Shown: piece by piece, positions 52,558 to 62,701 of the stretch | Numbering within the stretch: position 1 is the first letter of the stretch | Layout: each line of letters starts with the position of its first letter | Origin: Cyanidioschyzon merolae | Lineage: Eukaryota | Length of the DNA: 64,000 bases | Assembly (NCBI GenBank): GCA_000091205.1 | Contig: AP006496.2 | Strand: one strand, 5' to 3' | Translations under genes and position numbers: made by a program | The notes under the pieces: generated by a model | The model's database searches: none | Told to the model about the DNA's origin: nothing | Seen by the model: only the letters and a program-made list of their open reading frames with translations

Positions 52558-55500
52558 TTACAGCCGCGACGGGCCATGTGTCGACGACGCGCTACTGAAC
52601 TGCACATCGGCAACGTCCTCCTCCAGCATCCATGGCTCCGCCTCGGCACGCAAACGCAGGAAAAGGTTCATCGCCTTCATTGCCTGTACATCGTCAACCG
52701 TTCCGAGTCCCAGATGACGCTCACCAACGACAACTGCCAGACACTGCGCCCGAGAGAGCGCCACATTCAAGCGTCGGGCGTCCAGGATGAAGGCAATACC
52801 CTCGTGGCTCGCGCGTGTGCGCATCTCAGCGTCGCCTCCAGATGCCGCGGTGCGATCCTGCTCGGGTGCGCAGAGACTCATTATGACAATGGGACGCTCT
52901 TGGCCCTGAAACTTATCGACGGTACCGATACGCGGTATATTGCTCGAAGCTGCATCTGCGCCCGTCTGTGGAGTGCGCGATGCAGCCCAGAGCGTAAAGG
53001 CAGTTTTCAGGGCATTCACCTGTTCGTTGTAGGGTGCCACAATCAGAATGTCGTCCACGGATACATGGCGCGGTGCCGCTGACTGCTCCGTTGCCGCCTG
53101 CGGACCGAGACGCAGTTCGAAGCGCGTCCCTTGCACCAGCATCGCAACCAGTCGCAGGACTGTAGCGACTTCCCGCTTCCAGCGCGAGCGCACGGTAGCA
53201 CTACCAGGGAACGTCGCTGTCGACGACGACGACGACGACGACACATCTACTGCGAGGAAGCCAAGCCCAGAGCGCGCTCGCCCCAGATGGTGATCCCAGA
53301 CCTGATGCTGCTCGGTACGGGCATGCCAGCGCAGCCGCCCCTGGTAAAAGGTCGTACCGATGAAGCGGCAGAGCTCAGGACAGAGGCGGTGCGTCGTCGG
53401 CAAGAACCAGCCCCAGGCGGGCCCAGCGACCGACGTGTCAGCTCCGAGCAGGTACGTCAGCGAAGACTCGCCACCGACGAGGGGTCGCCCGCTCGGCAGC
53501 AGCGAGTTATTCGCCGATACCGCCGCCAACTGCATCTGATCACCAACCAGCACCGCAGCACGCCGAACGTTCGGCAGCATGGCAACGAAATACGCTCGTG
53601 CCATCTGACCAGCTTCGTCTACGAAGAGGTAGTCGAGCCGCTCCCGCAGGTGCTCGTGTGAGAGCGCGAATGCCGTACCCGCGAGCACACTGAACGGGGG
53701 ATCCGCTTCCGACGACGTCGGCGCCATTCTCGGAACCCGAGTGGTTACGTGAACGGCGCCCGTCGGTAAACTGCACTGCTTGTGCTGGCCAATACGCCAA
53801 ATCAGCGCTGCGGTATGCGTACATCCGCGAATTCGAAGACGTTGCACCAGGGCGCCCAGTGCCTGGTCGATGGCCGCGTGGCTACTCGCACATACGCCAA
53901 TACAAAAGCGATGGCGACCAGTCGGCTGTGGCCCCAGCACCAGTTCCGCGATACACTCGGCGATGGTATGCGTTTTGCCGCAACCAGGCGGTCCCTGTAT
54001 CACCAGAACGCGCCCATCCGTGATCTGACGAAGCGATTCGACAACCTGTGGTACCTGCTCGGCAGTTCGAAAAGGTTCGTCAGACGCCACCAGAGAAGGA
54101 AATGGGCACTCGCGTCGCAAGTAGCGCGCAACCAGCGGTGTCTGTCGCGAGTGCATCGCTGCTGCACAGAGACCCAGAATGGACGACAGACGACGAAAGA
54201 AGGGCGGTCGTCGAACGATGCGCGGCAGACGCGTGCCCGCAGGGAGAAAGCGCTCGGCTGTCGCCCGGTCCACTTGAATGGATGCCGAATCGGGACCTGT
54301 GAACCGCAGACGCGCCAGCGGTACCATGAGGTAGCGCTCACCGATGAGCAAACAAGCCTGCCATTCGCCGGAATCCGAGTAGATTCGCTGCTCAGCGGGG
54401 AAGCATACGCGCAAGTTGACACGATCCGGTCGTGCGGGAGTCTCAGCGGGCGGACCGTTCATCGAAGATGCCTGCAGTTTTTTGCGCTGTGGGCGCGTCG
54501 CTTTCGATGCACTGGAATGCGTCGGCAGATCGGGCCCCTGATCCGCATACTGGACTCGAGGAGCGGCTCCTGGCGACCCAGACAGGTCACTGGATGCCTG
54601 CATCGTCGATATGGAACTGCCTTGGACATGCACGCCGCTCCCAGCCGACCCGTTGTCGTCGTGGTGCATACCCGCGATGCTGTCGACCGAGTCGCCACCC
54701 GCAACCCCCATCGGTTGTTCCAGTCGTGCTGGTGGTGTCAGCGCAGCGGATGGCGCTGTTTGGGATCGGGTTGTACTCGCCAGGCGCTCTGCAGCATCAA
54801 CGTCTCGTCCAGAGACGATAGATGTCTTTTGGGAGCTGGTACGTCGCCGCCGATCGCCAGCAGAGGCGTCGCTCGCGGACAAGGACGTTTCCGGGGACGC
54901 TGCATCCCAGTCAACTACGATCGCGTCCACAATCACATCAGGATGATCGTAGAGGTCGCGATCCAGCGCTACCTGCGGCCGCTGGCGCCATGCCAAATGC
55001 TGCAACTCTATTTTGGACTCTCGAAGGATGTAATCGACCAGATCCCGCATGGGATCATCGACCGGCAGCCGTTGCCGCACGTGCAGGGACAGCAGCATCG
55101 CGTCCCGCTCCGGTATCCCTGCAGCTCGTTCCGTGCGTAGCATCTCTATCATGGTAGCGTACGGTGTACTCGGCGCCACAGCGTGCCGAAATCGCGCAGA
55201 TCCCGAGGCATCCTCGTCGTTGTCCTCGTCGTCAGCATCACTATCACCACCATTACCACCAGCAGTAGCAGCAGCAGCAGCAGCACCAGCACCAGCATCG
55301 CTGCTGTTGACGTTCACGCAACGCCGCGCACCCGATTCCGATGATCCCGCAGCAGCACGCCACTCGCGGTGATCAGCGAGCTCCACATCTGAACCTGTTT
55401 GAACAGATTCGTTCGATAAGGTATCATTCGAATCCTGCGACGCTGCTGCTGCTGCTGATGCTGATGCTGATGCTGCCGATGATGATAAAAGCACTGGTGC

Positions 55501-57873
55501 ACGCATCCCAGCGCACGCAGCGCTGTAGACGTGGTCGTGCGTGCGCAGCCAGCCGGCGAGTGCGTGCAACGATCTGCAGATCGAGCCGCTCAGCGCCAGC
55601 AGGCGATTGCGCACGATACGCGCACGCTCAGCGTTGTTGTATCGACTGGCGATTCGATAGCGCTCATAGAGTTCTGTTGCTTCTGCTTGGGGCGCCATAA
55701 CTATAGTGCTGCAGGCGATAGCGCTACCACGAATGAGACTGTTCAGTGATCGCAAGTTGTACGGGTCGTGGTCACCGATGAGGAAGCTGGCCCGTACAAC
55801 CTGCCGCAAGTCGACTAGCGGTAACTGATCCACGGTTGCCTGCACGCCGGCATCGTGCGTCGCGAGCGCTACCTCCATCAGGGCGTGCCGATCCAGTTCG
55901 CCAAAGTGGTAGACGTGCAGCTGGGGATCCTCAAATAGCGCCGCGCGAACGTGGACCAGGAAACGCCGGAGGATGGATGTGGCTTCTTCTGGTGTGTATG
56001 CCCAGAAGGAGGTCGGCCGCGCGTACTGCCCCGGGCACCATATTCCGAGCAGAAAATACGAACCATCGTATGAAGTCATGTAGGCGATGTACATATCGTA
56101 AGGCGAAGCTGGTGGCAACAGTCGAGCAGGCTCGGCGTTCGCATGCGGCCGTGGCTCATAGGGCAGTCGGCTCGCATCGCCATGGCGATAACGCTGCAGT
56201 AAAAGGCGCGCTTGCAGCATGTACTCCGAAAGTCGCCATGGGGGAATGTCGGCAAGCTGGAGCTGCTCTGCGGCAGGCAGGCTCGCCAGCTGCTCGAGGT
56301 TGCGGAACCCTCTTTCCCATAACTGGCGCATGTCATGCAGGCGCATCTCGGTAACGAGCAACGGGCTCTGATGATAGCGCTCCAGGGCGCATGCTGCGTA
56401 GGCGTTCTGTGTGAGTCGGCGGCGGCACTCACGCATGGCAATGAGCATGTCCAAGCTGGAAGCGCTTTCCGCAATGCGCAGCGAAAGCTCCGCGAGGTTG
56501 GTCTTCAGTAGACGTGCGCCCTCACGACGAACCACGGACAGTAACTCCTCCAGTTTCGCTTCAAAGTAAAACGAGCAATCCGCTGTACGCCAACACTGAA
56601 CCTGCGCAACAACCGCATCCGATTCGCTGTCCAGACACAGATAGAAACGAGGCCAGTAGCCAAGGGTCTGCTCCTGACGTCGCTCCAAAGCCCGAACGAT
56701 CCACAGATACGCCATCGCCTGCATTGTAAACTGCGGCTGTGCTTTGCGAGCTAGTTTGCATTCAGCGACAGTGTAGCGGTACAGACGATATCGATCCCAC
56801 TGCGCCGCAGGTACGGAGGCAATCCAGCGCGCTTCAGGTGGTAGTGCAGTTGAGGGCAAACTGGCTTCTTCCCACGGATTCCACGGCGAGTCCGCAGGAC
56901 AGATTCCGCGCTGGTCGCCGAGCTGGACCCATTCTCGAACCAGCAAGTCACTGCGACCATGCAAGGTTCCGTGTTCAAGGGGCGCTTGCGCGATGATCGC
57001 AACCCCAGCTTCCATTGCTCGCAGCGTTTCCGCCACCGAGTGACAGCAGACAACCTCATGACCATGTTGTCGCAGCGCCTCAAGGAGCGTTTGCTCAAAC
57101 TCACGCCCACCCGCAATAAGGCCTTTCAAAATGGGCGCTCGGGGGCGTAAGCTCGACAAGCACGGCACCGACGCCTGCTGCGTCGAGTCCGACGGCGTGC
57201 CCCGCTGGAGGCGGCTTTGCAGGTACGCAGAGAGGCGAATCGCTCGATCCCAAGCGATGTCGCTGGGGTGCGCATTCGGCTCTTGCAAGACGAGACGTCT
57301 TGCATGGCGACGCTTGTATCCAAAACGAAAATTCATTACTCGATCTACGAGCATCATATGGAACTCGAAAGACGATTCGGTGAATCTGGCAAGCATCGTT
57401 GGTGGTAATGGCAGCAGCTGCTGCCACACGTCCGTGGACTCATCTCGCTGAATAGCTGGCGCGCCTGGCACGTCCGGAGGTGCTTCCGCTGCTGGAAGCG
57501 GCTCCTCTGGCGCCGACGCTTCCAGGCTAGCCACCAGTCGTATGCAGGACCCAGTAGCAGCACCTTTCCTACGTACAGATCGCACGAGCGATAAACTGGA
57601 CTTCTCAGGCGCCCTGTCCAGGCACTGCCTCCAAAGAAGCAGAACCGAATCGTTCCTACGGCGACGACACAGAGTGGCGTGACACCTGCCGCTGCTGTCG
57701 GAGGTGCCAAGTGTGCAGAAGATGAAGCCGCTCTGGCGGCTTGCAGACGAACTGCGGGGCGGAGCTCCGCTTCCGCGCACAGGCGCGACTGCTAGCAGCG
57801 GGATCCATCCGTCGTCTTTGCCTCCGAAAGACTCGATTAGAGACGAGTGAAGGGAGGAGGTCGCCATGGTCAA
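52558..57873 (-). CDS. Large SF1 (Upf1/Dna2-like, AAA_11/AAA_12) helicase with N-terminal PD-(D/E)xK-like nuclease motif and long Ala/Ser-rich low-complexity inserts
   Basis: 1771-aa uninterrupted ORF. Walker A LVIQGPPGCGKTHTIAECIA; motif II-like LFVDEAGQMARAYFVA; VGDQMQLAAV; C-terminal GTVDKFQGQERPIVIMSL (motif V/VI region). N-terminal third: GRSDLLVREW ... YRYTVAECKLARKAQPQFTMQAMAYLW resembles RecB/Cas4 nuclease motifs (hDhh ... E.K ... Q..Y). A second conserved-looking block is HVYHFGELDRHALMEVA...GDHDPYNLRSL. Contains (GAC)n-encoded poly-Asp and Ala/Ser runs. Confidence 0.75.
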   Translation of the reverse strand: MTMATSSLHSSLIESFGGKDDGWIPLLAVAPVRGSGAPPRSSSASRQSGFIFCTLGTSDSSGRCHATLCRRRRNDSVLLLWRQCLDRAPEKSSLSLVRSVRRKGAATGSCIRLVASLEASAPEEPLPAAEAPPDVPGAPAIQRDESTDVWQQLLPLPPTMLARFTESSFEFHMMLVDRVMNFRFGYKRRHARRLVLQEPNAHPSDIAWDRAIRLSAYLQSRLQRGTPSDSTQQASVPCLSSLRPRAPILKGLIAGGREFEQTLLEALRQHGHEVVCCHSVAETLRAMEAGVAIIAQAPLEHGTLHGRSDLLVREWVQLGDQRGICPADSPWNPWEEASLPSTALPPEARWIASVPAAQWDRYRLYRYTVAECKLARKAQPQFTMQAMAYLWIVRALERRQEQTLGYWPRFYLCLDSESDAVVAQVQCWRTADCSFYFEAKLEELLSVVRREGARLLKTNLAELSLRIAESASSLDMLIAMRECRRRLTQNAYAACALERYHQSPLLVTEMRLHDMRQLWERGFRNLEQLASLPAAEQLQLADIPPWRLSEYMLQARLLLQRYRHGDASRLPYEPRPHANAEPARLLPPASPYDMYIAYMTSYDGSYFLLGIWCPGQYARPTSFWAYTPEEATSILRRFLVHVRAALFEDPQLHVYHFGELDRHALMEVALATHDAGVQATVDQLPLVDLRQVVRASFLIGDHDPYNLRSLNSLIRGSAIACSTIVMAPQAEATELYERYRIASRYNNAERARIVRNRLLALSGSICRSLHALAGWLRTHDHVYSAACAGMRAPVLLSSSAASASASAAAAASQDSNDTLSNESVQTGSDVELADHREWRAAAGSSESGARRCVNVNSSDAGAGAAAAAATAGGNGGDSDADDEDNDEDASGSARFRHAVAPSTPYATMIEMLRTERAAGIPERDAMLLSLHVRQRLPVDDPMRDLVDYILRESKIELQHLAWRQRPQVALDRDLYDHPDVIVDAIVVDWDAASPETSLSASDASAGDRRRRTSSQKTSIVSGRDVDAAERLASTTRSQTAPSAALTPPARLEQPMGVAGGDSVDSIAGMHHDDNGSAGSGVHVQGSSISTMQASSDLSGSPGAAPRVQYADQGPDLPTHSSASKATRPQRKKLQASSMNGPPAETPARPDRVNLRVCFPAEQRIYSDSGEWQACLLIGERYLMVPLARLRFTGPDSASIQVDRATAERFLPAGTRLPRIVRRPPFFRRLSSILGLCAAAMHSRQTPLVARYLRRECPFPSLVASDEPFRTAEQVPQVVESLRQITDGRVLVIQGPPGCGKTHTIAECIAELVLGPQPTGRHRFCIGVCASSHAAIDQALGALVQRLRIRGCTHTAALIWRIGQHKQCSLPTGAVHVTTRVPRMAPTSSEADPPFSVLAGTAFALSHEHLRERLDYLFVDEAGQMARAYFVAMLPNVRRAAVLVGDQMQLAAVSANNSLLPSGRPLVGGESSLTYLLGADTSVAGPAWGWFLPTTHRLCPELCRFIGTTFYQGRLRWHARTEQHQVWDHHLGRARSGLGFLAVDVSSSSSSSTATFPGSATVRSRWKREVATVLRLVAMLVQGTRFELRLGPQAATEQSAAPRHVSVDDILIVAPYNEQVNALKTAFTLWAASRTPQTGADAASSNIPRIGTVDKFQGQERPIVIMSLCAPEQDRTAASGGDAEMRTRASHEGIAFILDARRLNVALSRAQCLAVVVGERHLGLGTVDDVQAMKAMNLFLRLRAEAEPWMLEEDVADVQFSSASSTHGPSRL

Positions 57874-57963
57874 ACGCGTGCCCGCTTGAGACGACCCGCA
57901 CCATCAACGCCGCTCGAAAGTCGAACGGCGCCAACGGTGTACAGTAGTGGCGGCAACCGCGCC

Positions 57964-58908
57964 CTAGACGAGACGTCTCCAACGGGCGTGCAGACGCCTC
58001 CCAGTTTGTTTGAACCGGAAACCCACTACTGCTTCCAACTTCTTCTCATATTGTCCCACTTTAAGAGGTTGTCCAAGAAAATTCTCTCGTGTCCACTCTG
58101 GAGGTCTTTTCTCCAGGACCGCACATTTCCTTGTATTGATGGCGGCATTCAAATCTCGGTTCACAAACTCCATCCGTTTCTTCCCATTGGTAGTTGTACT
58201 TCCTAGTGCACCTAGTCCTCGCACTTTCACTCTCCTTTCCATTTGCTCTTCCGTCAGCGGTCCGTACTTTTTCATATCCTCAGGGCTCCGTTGGCACGTT
58301 TCCATCTCGACCCTCTGAAGTATACACCCCAGTTCATGGTATGTATAGGACGTTCGGAACTCACCTACAGGTAGTGTAACAAACCGGTGTGCGCACTCCT
58401 TGTACGTTCTTGTCGTTGGAGCTGGTGTACACAATTTTTGGGTCTTCCATCGCCCCGCCCCATACGCTGCTACGAGCCTCTGACTTTCATCCTCCTTCAG
58501 GGCGCTCAACTGATTGAAAAAGTTGGCAAACGCCCGCTGCTTCCCACAATACAAATTCATTCGGAAACGAGCCCACCGGGGCTTGGTATACTCCTCCCAC
58601 GGCGCATCCCAATGGGCAACATGAACTTTCATGAATTTCCGAAAAGCTTCAAAGTCCGCTCCTCGGCTCGCCACCTCGCTCAAAGCTTCTAGGTCATCCT
58701 TCATTCCTGAATTCCGGCTCTCGATTTTCTCCCTCGCATTCATTATACCCGATTCTCGATTGTATCTCGCTATCGAGAACCTCAATAGACGCATGTCTTT
58801 CCGACGTAAACTACCGTCAGTACCATCTTCCGCACACTTCGGTGCTGCGATGGTGATGATATTTGTGTTTCCGGGGTCCGCGCCAACGACAAAGTCGTTA
58901 TCGTGCAC
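57964..58908 (-). pseudogene. Copy 6, RuvC-I/II/ZnF/RuvC-III segment of the Fanzor/TnpB-like nuclease
   Basis: [21 protein letters not shown]; KQRAFANFFNQLSALKEDESQRLVAAYGAGRW; FRTSYTYHELGCILQRVEMETCQRS; KKRMEFVNRDLNAAINTRKCAVLEKRP. Confidence 0.7.
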
Positions 58909-59160
58909 TTTCTACGTCACAGGGCCCGCCTCCTTCTTTTCTTCATGCATCACCGCGTCAACGACAAGCACGTTATCCTCCACCTCCTGCGTCTCAGGAC
59001 CCGCCTGCTTCTTTTCTTCATGCATCGCCGCGTTAACGACAAGGTCGTTATGTTGCACTTTCTGTGTGGCAGGATCCGCCTCCTCCTTTTCTTTATCCAT
59101 TGTCACGGGCACACCCGAGGGCGGGACTAAACGATCTGCCTTCAAACGCCGATTGTGTAC

Positions 59161-60318
59161 TCACGTGGCTACTCCATCAGTTTCGATCAACCCAGTAAAT
59201 ACCGTTTGCTTGCTCACTCTCAGACGTTTGAAATCGAAGATATTCTTCCAGTACGTCTCCCGGTTTTCGCCGGAGAGTTCCTCACTGTTGAAATTAAACT
59301 CGGGACTGATCTCCTTCATGATGCCGTAAAGGACGCCTGAATCGATACTCACCAAATGTGACTTGAGGTTGCACATTGGAACACCGTTGAAGCGCTTCCC
59401 CATTAGGAAAGCCTTCCGTCTCCCCCACTCTTCAGTGTTTTCCTCACTCAGCTTTATCTCCGCCTTGCGTCCAAGTTCTAGATCCAGAAACAAGAAATAG
59501 CGAAGAATGAGGCGATAGTGTCTTTCCTTATCTTTTTTCAACTCTGATATCTTTTCTGCTGGACTCGGCAGCCCCAGTACCCCACGGCGCTCTTGAATAG
59601 CCGCACGGATGACAGAAGTTTTACACCTTCTCCTGCGTGACGCCTTCTCTCCGACGAATTCGATCTCATCTTCATGCTTGTGATCGTTCGTGATGCCATT
59701 GATAATCGACCATACTCCTTTGCGAGACAGGCCCGGGTACAGCGCAAACACGGCGCGTATCATGAAACGTTCGAGGTTCATCGTCAAATGGTTCCTCAGG
59801 TTCGTGAGGTAATTCATTGCCCCGTGTTCGTAAATATCCCGGTTACCAATGTATCGAGTGCCCTCGAAGCGGAATTCCGCGAAGTTTTCGTGGAGGGCGT
59901 GTACCCGCTCATTTTCCCTCCGCGTTTCCCTTGCGCCGAGCATCAAGTGACGAACAAAGATATTGTCGAAAAACTCGTCTGGAATCTCGACTGTTTCCAT
60001 GTGCGTCACATCGCGATACATCTCCCTCGCCATACGCATCAGTCCTGAAGACGCCCTGACAATACTCTTGGAGTACGAATCGAGACGTTTTTTGATAGCG
60101 TCTCGCAACTTTTCCCTGTACGGATCCTTGATATGTTCAAGAAGACCGGCTTTCACCACCATATCGTCGTACAGTTGTCTTTCTTTCCGCCTTCGACGTA
60201 GGGCCTCTCCCCTTTGCTTCTTCTTCTCTTCCTTTTCTACTCGACTCGGCACTGTTTTTTGTTTTTTTCTAGCAGCCGGCGACCCTGGGCCTCCAGGATC
60301 GTCGACTTGCTTTTTCAT
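59161..60318 (-). pseudogene. Copy 6, N-terminal segment of the Fanzor-like protein (NLS-rich; putative REC/WED-equivalent region)
   Basis: 385 aa. KK/RR-rich first 50 aa. Conserved with copy A ORF 24593..25375 plus 25530.. (MKEISPEF...[22 protein letters not shown]). Confidence 0.65.
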
Positions 60319-62386
60319 AGGTTTCCTTTTTTTTTAGTTTTTTGAAAAAGAACGCTCTTTGAACCCTTATGTAATATACTGCGAACAAACACTTGACTAG
60401 ACTTATTTGAGGGTGAAACACAAATGAACTCAAAAACTGTACTTTGCTACGACTTTAACGCAAATAAAACTTGTACAGTAGAGCAGTGCGCTCCTGATCA
60501 GGATCGCGTTTCCCTTCAATGGCGACATGCGCGTCGTGTCAGGTGACTGCCTGATCTCCCGGGTGCGCTCACCGAGCGCGATTTTTAGAATGGACAAAAC
60601 GTTTCCTTGTGCCAGCGTTCTCCGATTGTGCGCATTTTTCTTTTCTTTCTCTCTTTTTGTGTTTTTTTCAGTGCGCGGTGAGGTATCCATCAACCCCCTA
60701 CCTCCATGTTACATTACCGATACTTCATCGCGGATATTCTGGTCGTTTCATACGTCCTATGATGTGTGCCTAGTACCTGCCGTGCCGTACCCGCCTTTGG
60801 ACCTTAACAGCTGGGGCAGATAGTTCATAGAGACAGAACGGCTTTTCCATACCACAGAGGGCGCCGGCTCGAGGCGTGGTTTACCCGACGTAGAATTGGG
60901 TGTCGCCGTCAGTTTGTGCTCAGACAGTCTGCGGATGCAGGTTTGTCTTCGCTGCACGAAACGCTGGAGACACTTGGCTGTTAGGATATATCGTGGGAGC
61001 CGCCTCTCTCTTTCGTGATCATGCATGGAATGCGTTGTTGTCGGTTGGCAATGTGGCTTCGTGCTTGACACCCACCCACCACTGTGGGTAGGCGCAGAAA
61101 GCACTGGGCCCGTGTGCGCATCCGATTCGCTAGACCTTCCGCCTAGAAGGTAGCATGTGAGTTTCTTCGCCACTAATGAGCGCTGAGGCTCGGTTAGCGG
61201 ACCATAAGTTGCCAGTGCTACACTCAGAGTGAGTGTCCGGTCTTCGACTATCACGATGATGCCCAGCTGCTGGTGTCCTCCAAGGAGCTCGCTGCGCTCC
61301 TGCTTCCAGCGCGGGCACTGTAAGCCTAAATATGTCAGCGTCTCGGGGATCTCGTCTCGACAGCAGGGACAGTGTGATTCCCAGTGCGATTCCAGTGTTC
61401 CTATACGGCTTAGAGACGGTGCTGGTAGCCAGAAGCCACCAACGCGGATTTTGGCGAGCCACTGGGTACCTCGAGCAAGTCCCGGGAATTCCAGCGCCTC
61501 CTACCAGTGCCTGCATGTGTATGCTAGGTTGTAGTTCCGGTATAGAGTCAAGCCGGCGTTAAGGGCGCGACTGGTACCGTGTCTACGTTCCCATATTGTT
61601 GTTTGGACCGTTCGCTTCAGGCGGTGGGAGCCTTCTACATTTCTGGGGAACGATTCGAGCGCATTTTCGCCTAAGAGGCGCTTCAACCAAATATGCGTCC
61701 ATTTCATCCTTCTTGCGACGCACCTACCGGTACCGAGTACGTCTCGAGCCTCGTACGCGCTACCGCGGCATATGCCGACCTGCCTCTCTCTCTTCAGTGC
61801 AGAGCGGAGGACTCGACGCTGGACCTCTTAACGACACCGAAAGGCGCTGCTGTTGCTTCTGGGGAAGCACCCGCGACTATCCGTCCAACGGTCCGTACCA
61901 GAGACGTTTGGCACTAGCCCCTAGCGCACTGACAGCTTCGTGCTGCTTGCCGGGTTCGTTATTCGGGCTGCCGAGCGTTTCGGGACGGTAGTCACAGCGA
62001 GCGCCTCCGCTGAGGCAGTTTCACGCTCTTGGGGAAGGGGCGCGCACTTTGCAGGTCGCCAACGTGTCCAGCGTCAAGCCCAACGACTGAACTGCCGTCG
62101 ACTGAGTCGCACACGTACACATGCTCACTGGGACATCAGCGCCTTTCGCCGCTTTGGACTGAGGCTTTGGCGGCGTTTACTACCCGAGTCGGAGAAAAGT
62201 GCGGCGGGTCCGTGAATACTGGGCGGTTTATTGCAGCACTTGACCAGGGAGAAGGGTTGCAGTGAACAGCAGCACGCTACGACTACTGCGCAAAGCTGTT
62301 CGCGCGCGTCTGGTAGCGCTTCCAAGTTGTGTCGAGCGCAGCATAGGCACGAAGCAACGACCCCAAAACGGACGCCCTGAACCTGC

Positions 62387-62701
62387 ATGGAGTCTGAAGA
62401 CGAGCTTCTGCCGAGCGTCCCCGCGGTACTGGTGGACGAGTCGAGCCCCGGCGCGTTCGCGGAACTGGCGAACGAGAAGGCGCGCCTCGAGTCTCGGAGA
62501 GCGCTGCTTCAGCGAGAACTGGAACGACTACAGGCGCCTGTCCTTCAACAAAGCCCCTACTACAGAGAACGTAGAGCTTGTTGCTTGAGAATGCTGGAGA
62601 TCATTGACGTGAGCATCGCACAACTGGATTCTGGGATGCACGCGCCAGCAGCGTTGAATGCTGAACTGGAGACCCTGTTTCAGAGCTTGCATATCGACTG
62701 A
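62387..62701 (+). CDS. Hypothetical small coiled-coil protein
   Basis: 104-aa ORF, MESEDELLPSV...LANEKARLESRRALLQRELERLQAPVLQ. Heptad-like. No homology I recognise. Confidence 0.25.
   Translation: MESEDELLPSVPAVLVDESSPGAFAELANEKARLESRRALLQRELERLQAPVLQQSPYYRERRACCLRMLEIIDVSIAQLDSGMHAPAALNAELETLFQSLHID

Larger units (their letters stand above)
57921..61135 (-). mobile_element. Fanzor/TnpB-like transposon copy 6, the most intact copy (3 ORF segments separated only by one TGA and one TAG)
   Basis: Minus strand: 5' module from 61135 (taccttctaggcggaaggtctagcgaatcggatgcgcacacgggc...ggcgccctctgtggtatggaaaagccgttctgtctc); ORF 59161..60318 (MKKQVDDPGGPGSPAARKKQKTV..., 385 aa); ORF 58912..59145 (acidic repeats); ORF 57964..58908 ([18 protein letters not shown]...FRTSYTYHELGCILQRVEMETCQRS...NRDLNAAINTRKC). 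Conserved tail to about 57921. The TGA at about 59161 aligns with TGT (Cys) in copy A, and the TAG at about 58912 aligns with CAG (Gln) in copies A, 4 and 5. Confidence 0.75.

Noticed and set aside
11348-59161. Stop-codon reassignment (a Blastocrithidia/Condylostoma-like code). It was suggested by the in-frame TAA in FTR1 and by the TAG and TGA codons in the most intact Fanzor copy, which align with sense codons in paralogs.
   Set aside because: Host ORFs of 1771, 648, 638, 565, 542, 437 and 376 aa in this same window contain no in-frame TAA, TAG or TGA at all. With any reassigned stop such long ORFs would be expected to contain some. The TE stops are single-nucleotide changes from the paralog codon (CAG to TAG, GAG to TAG, TGT to TGA) and co-occur with frameshifts, so ordinary decay explains them.
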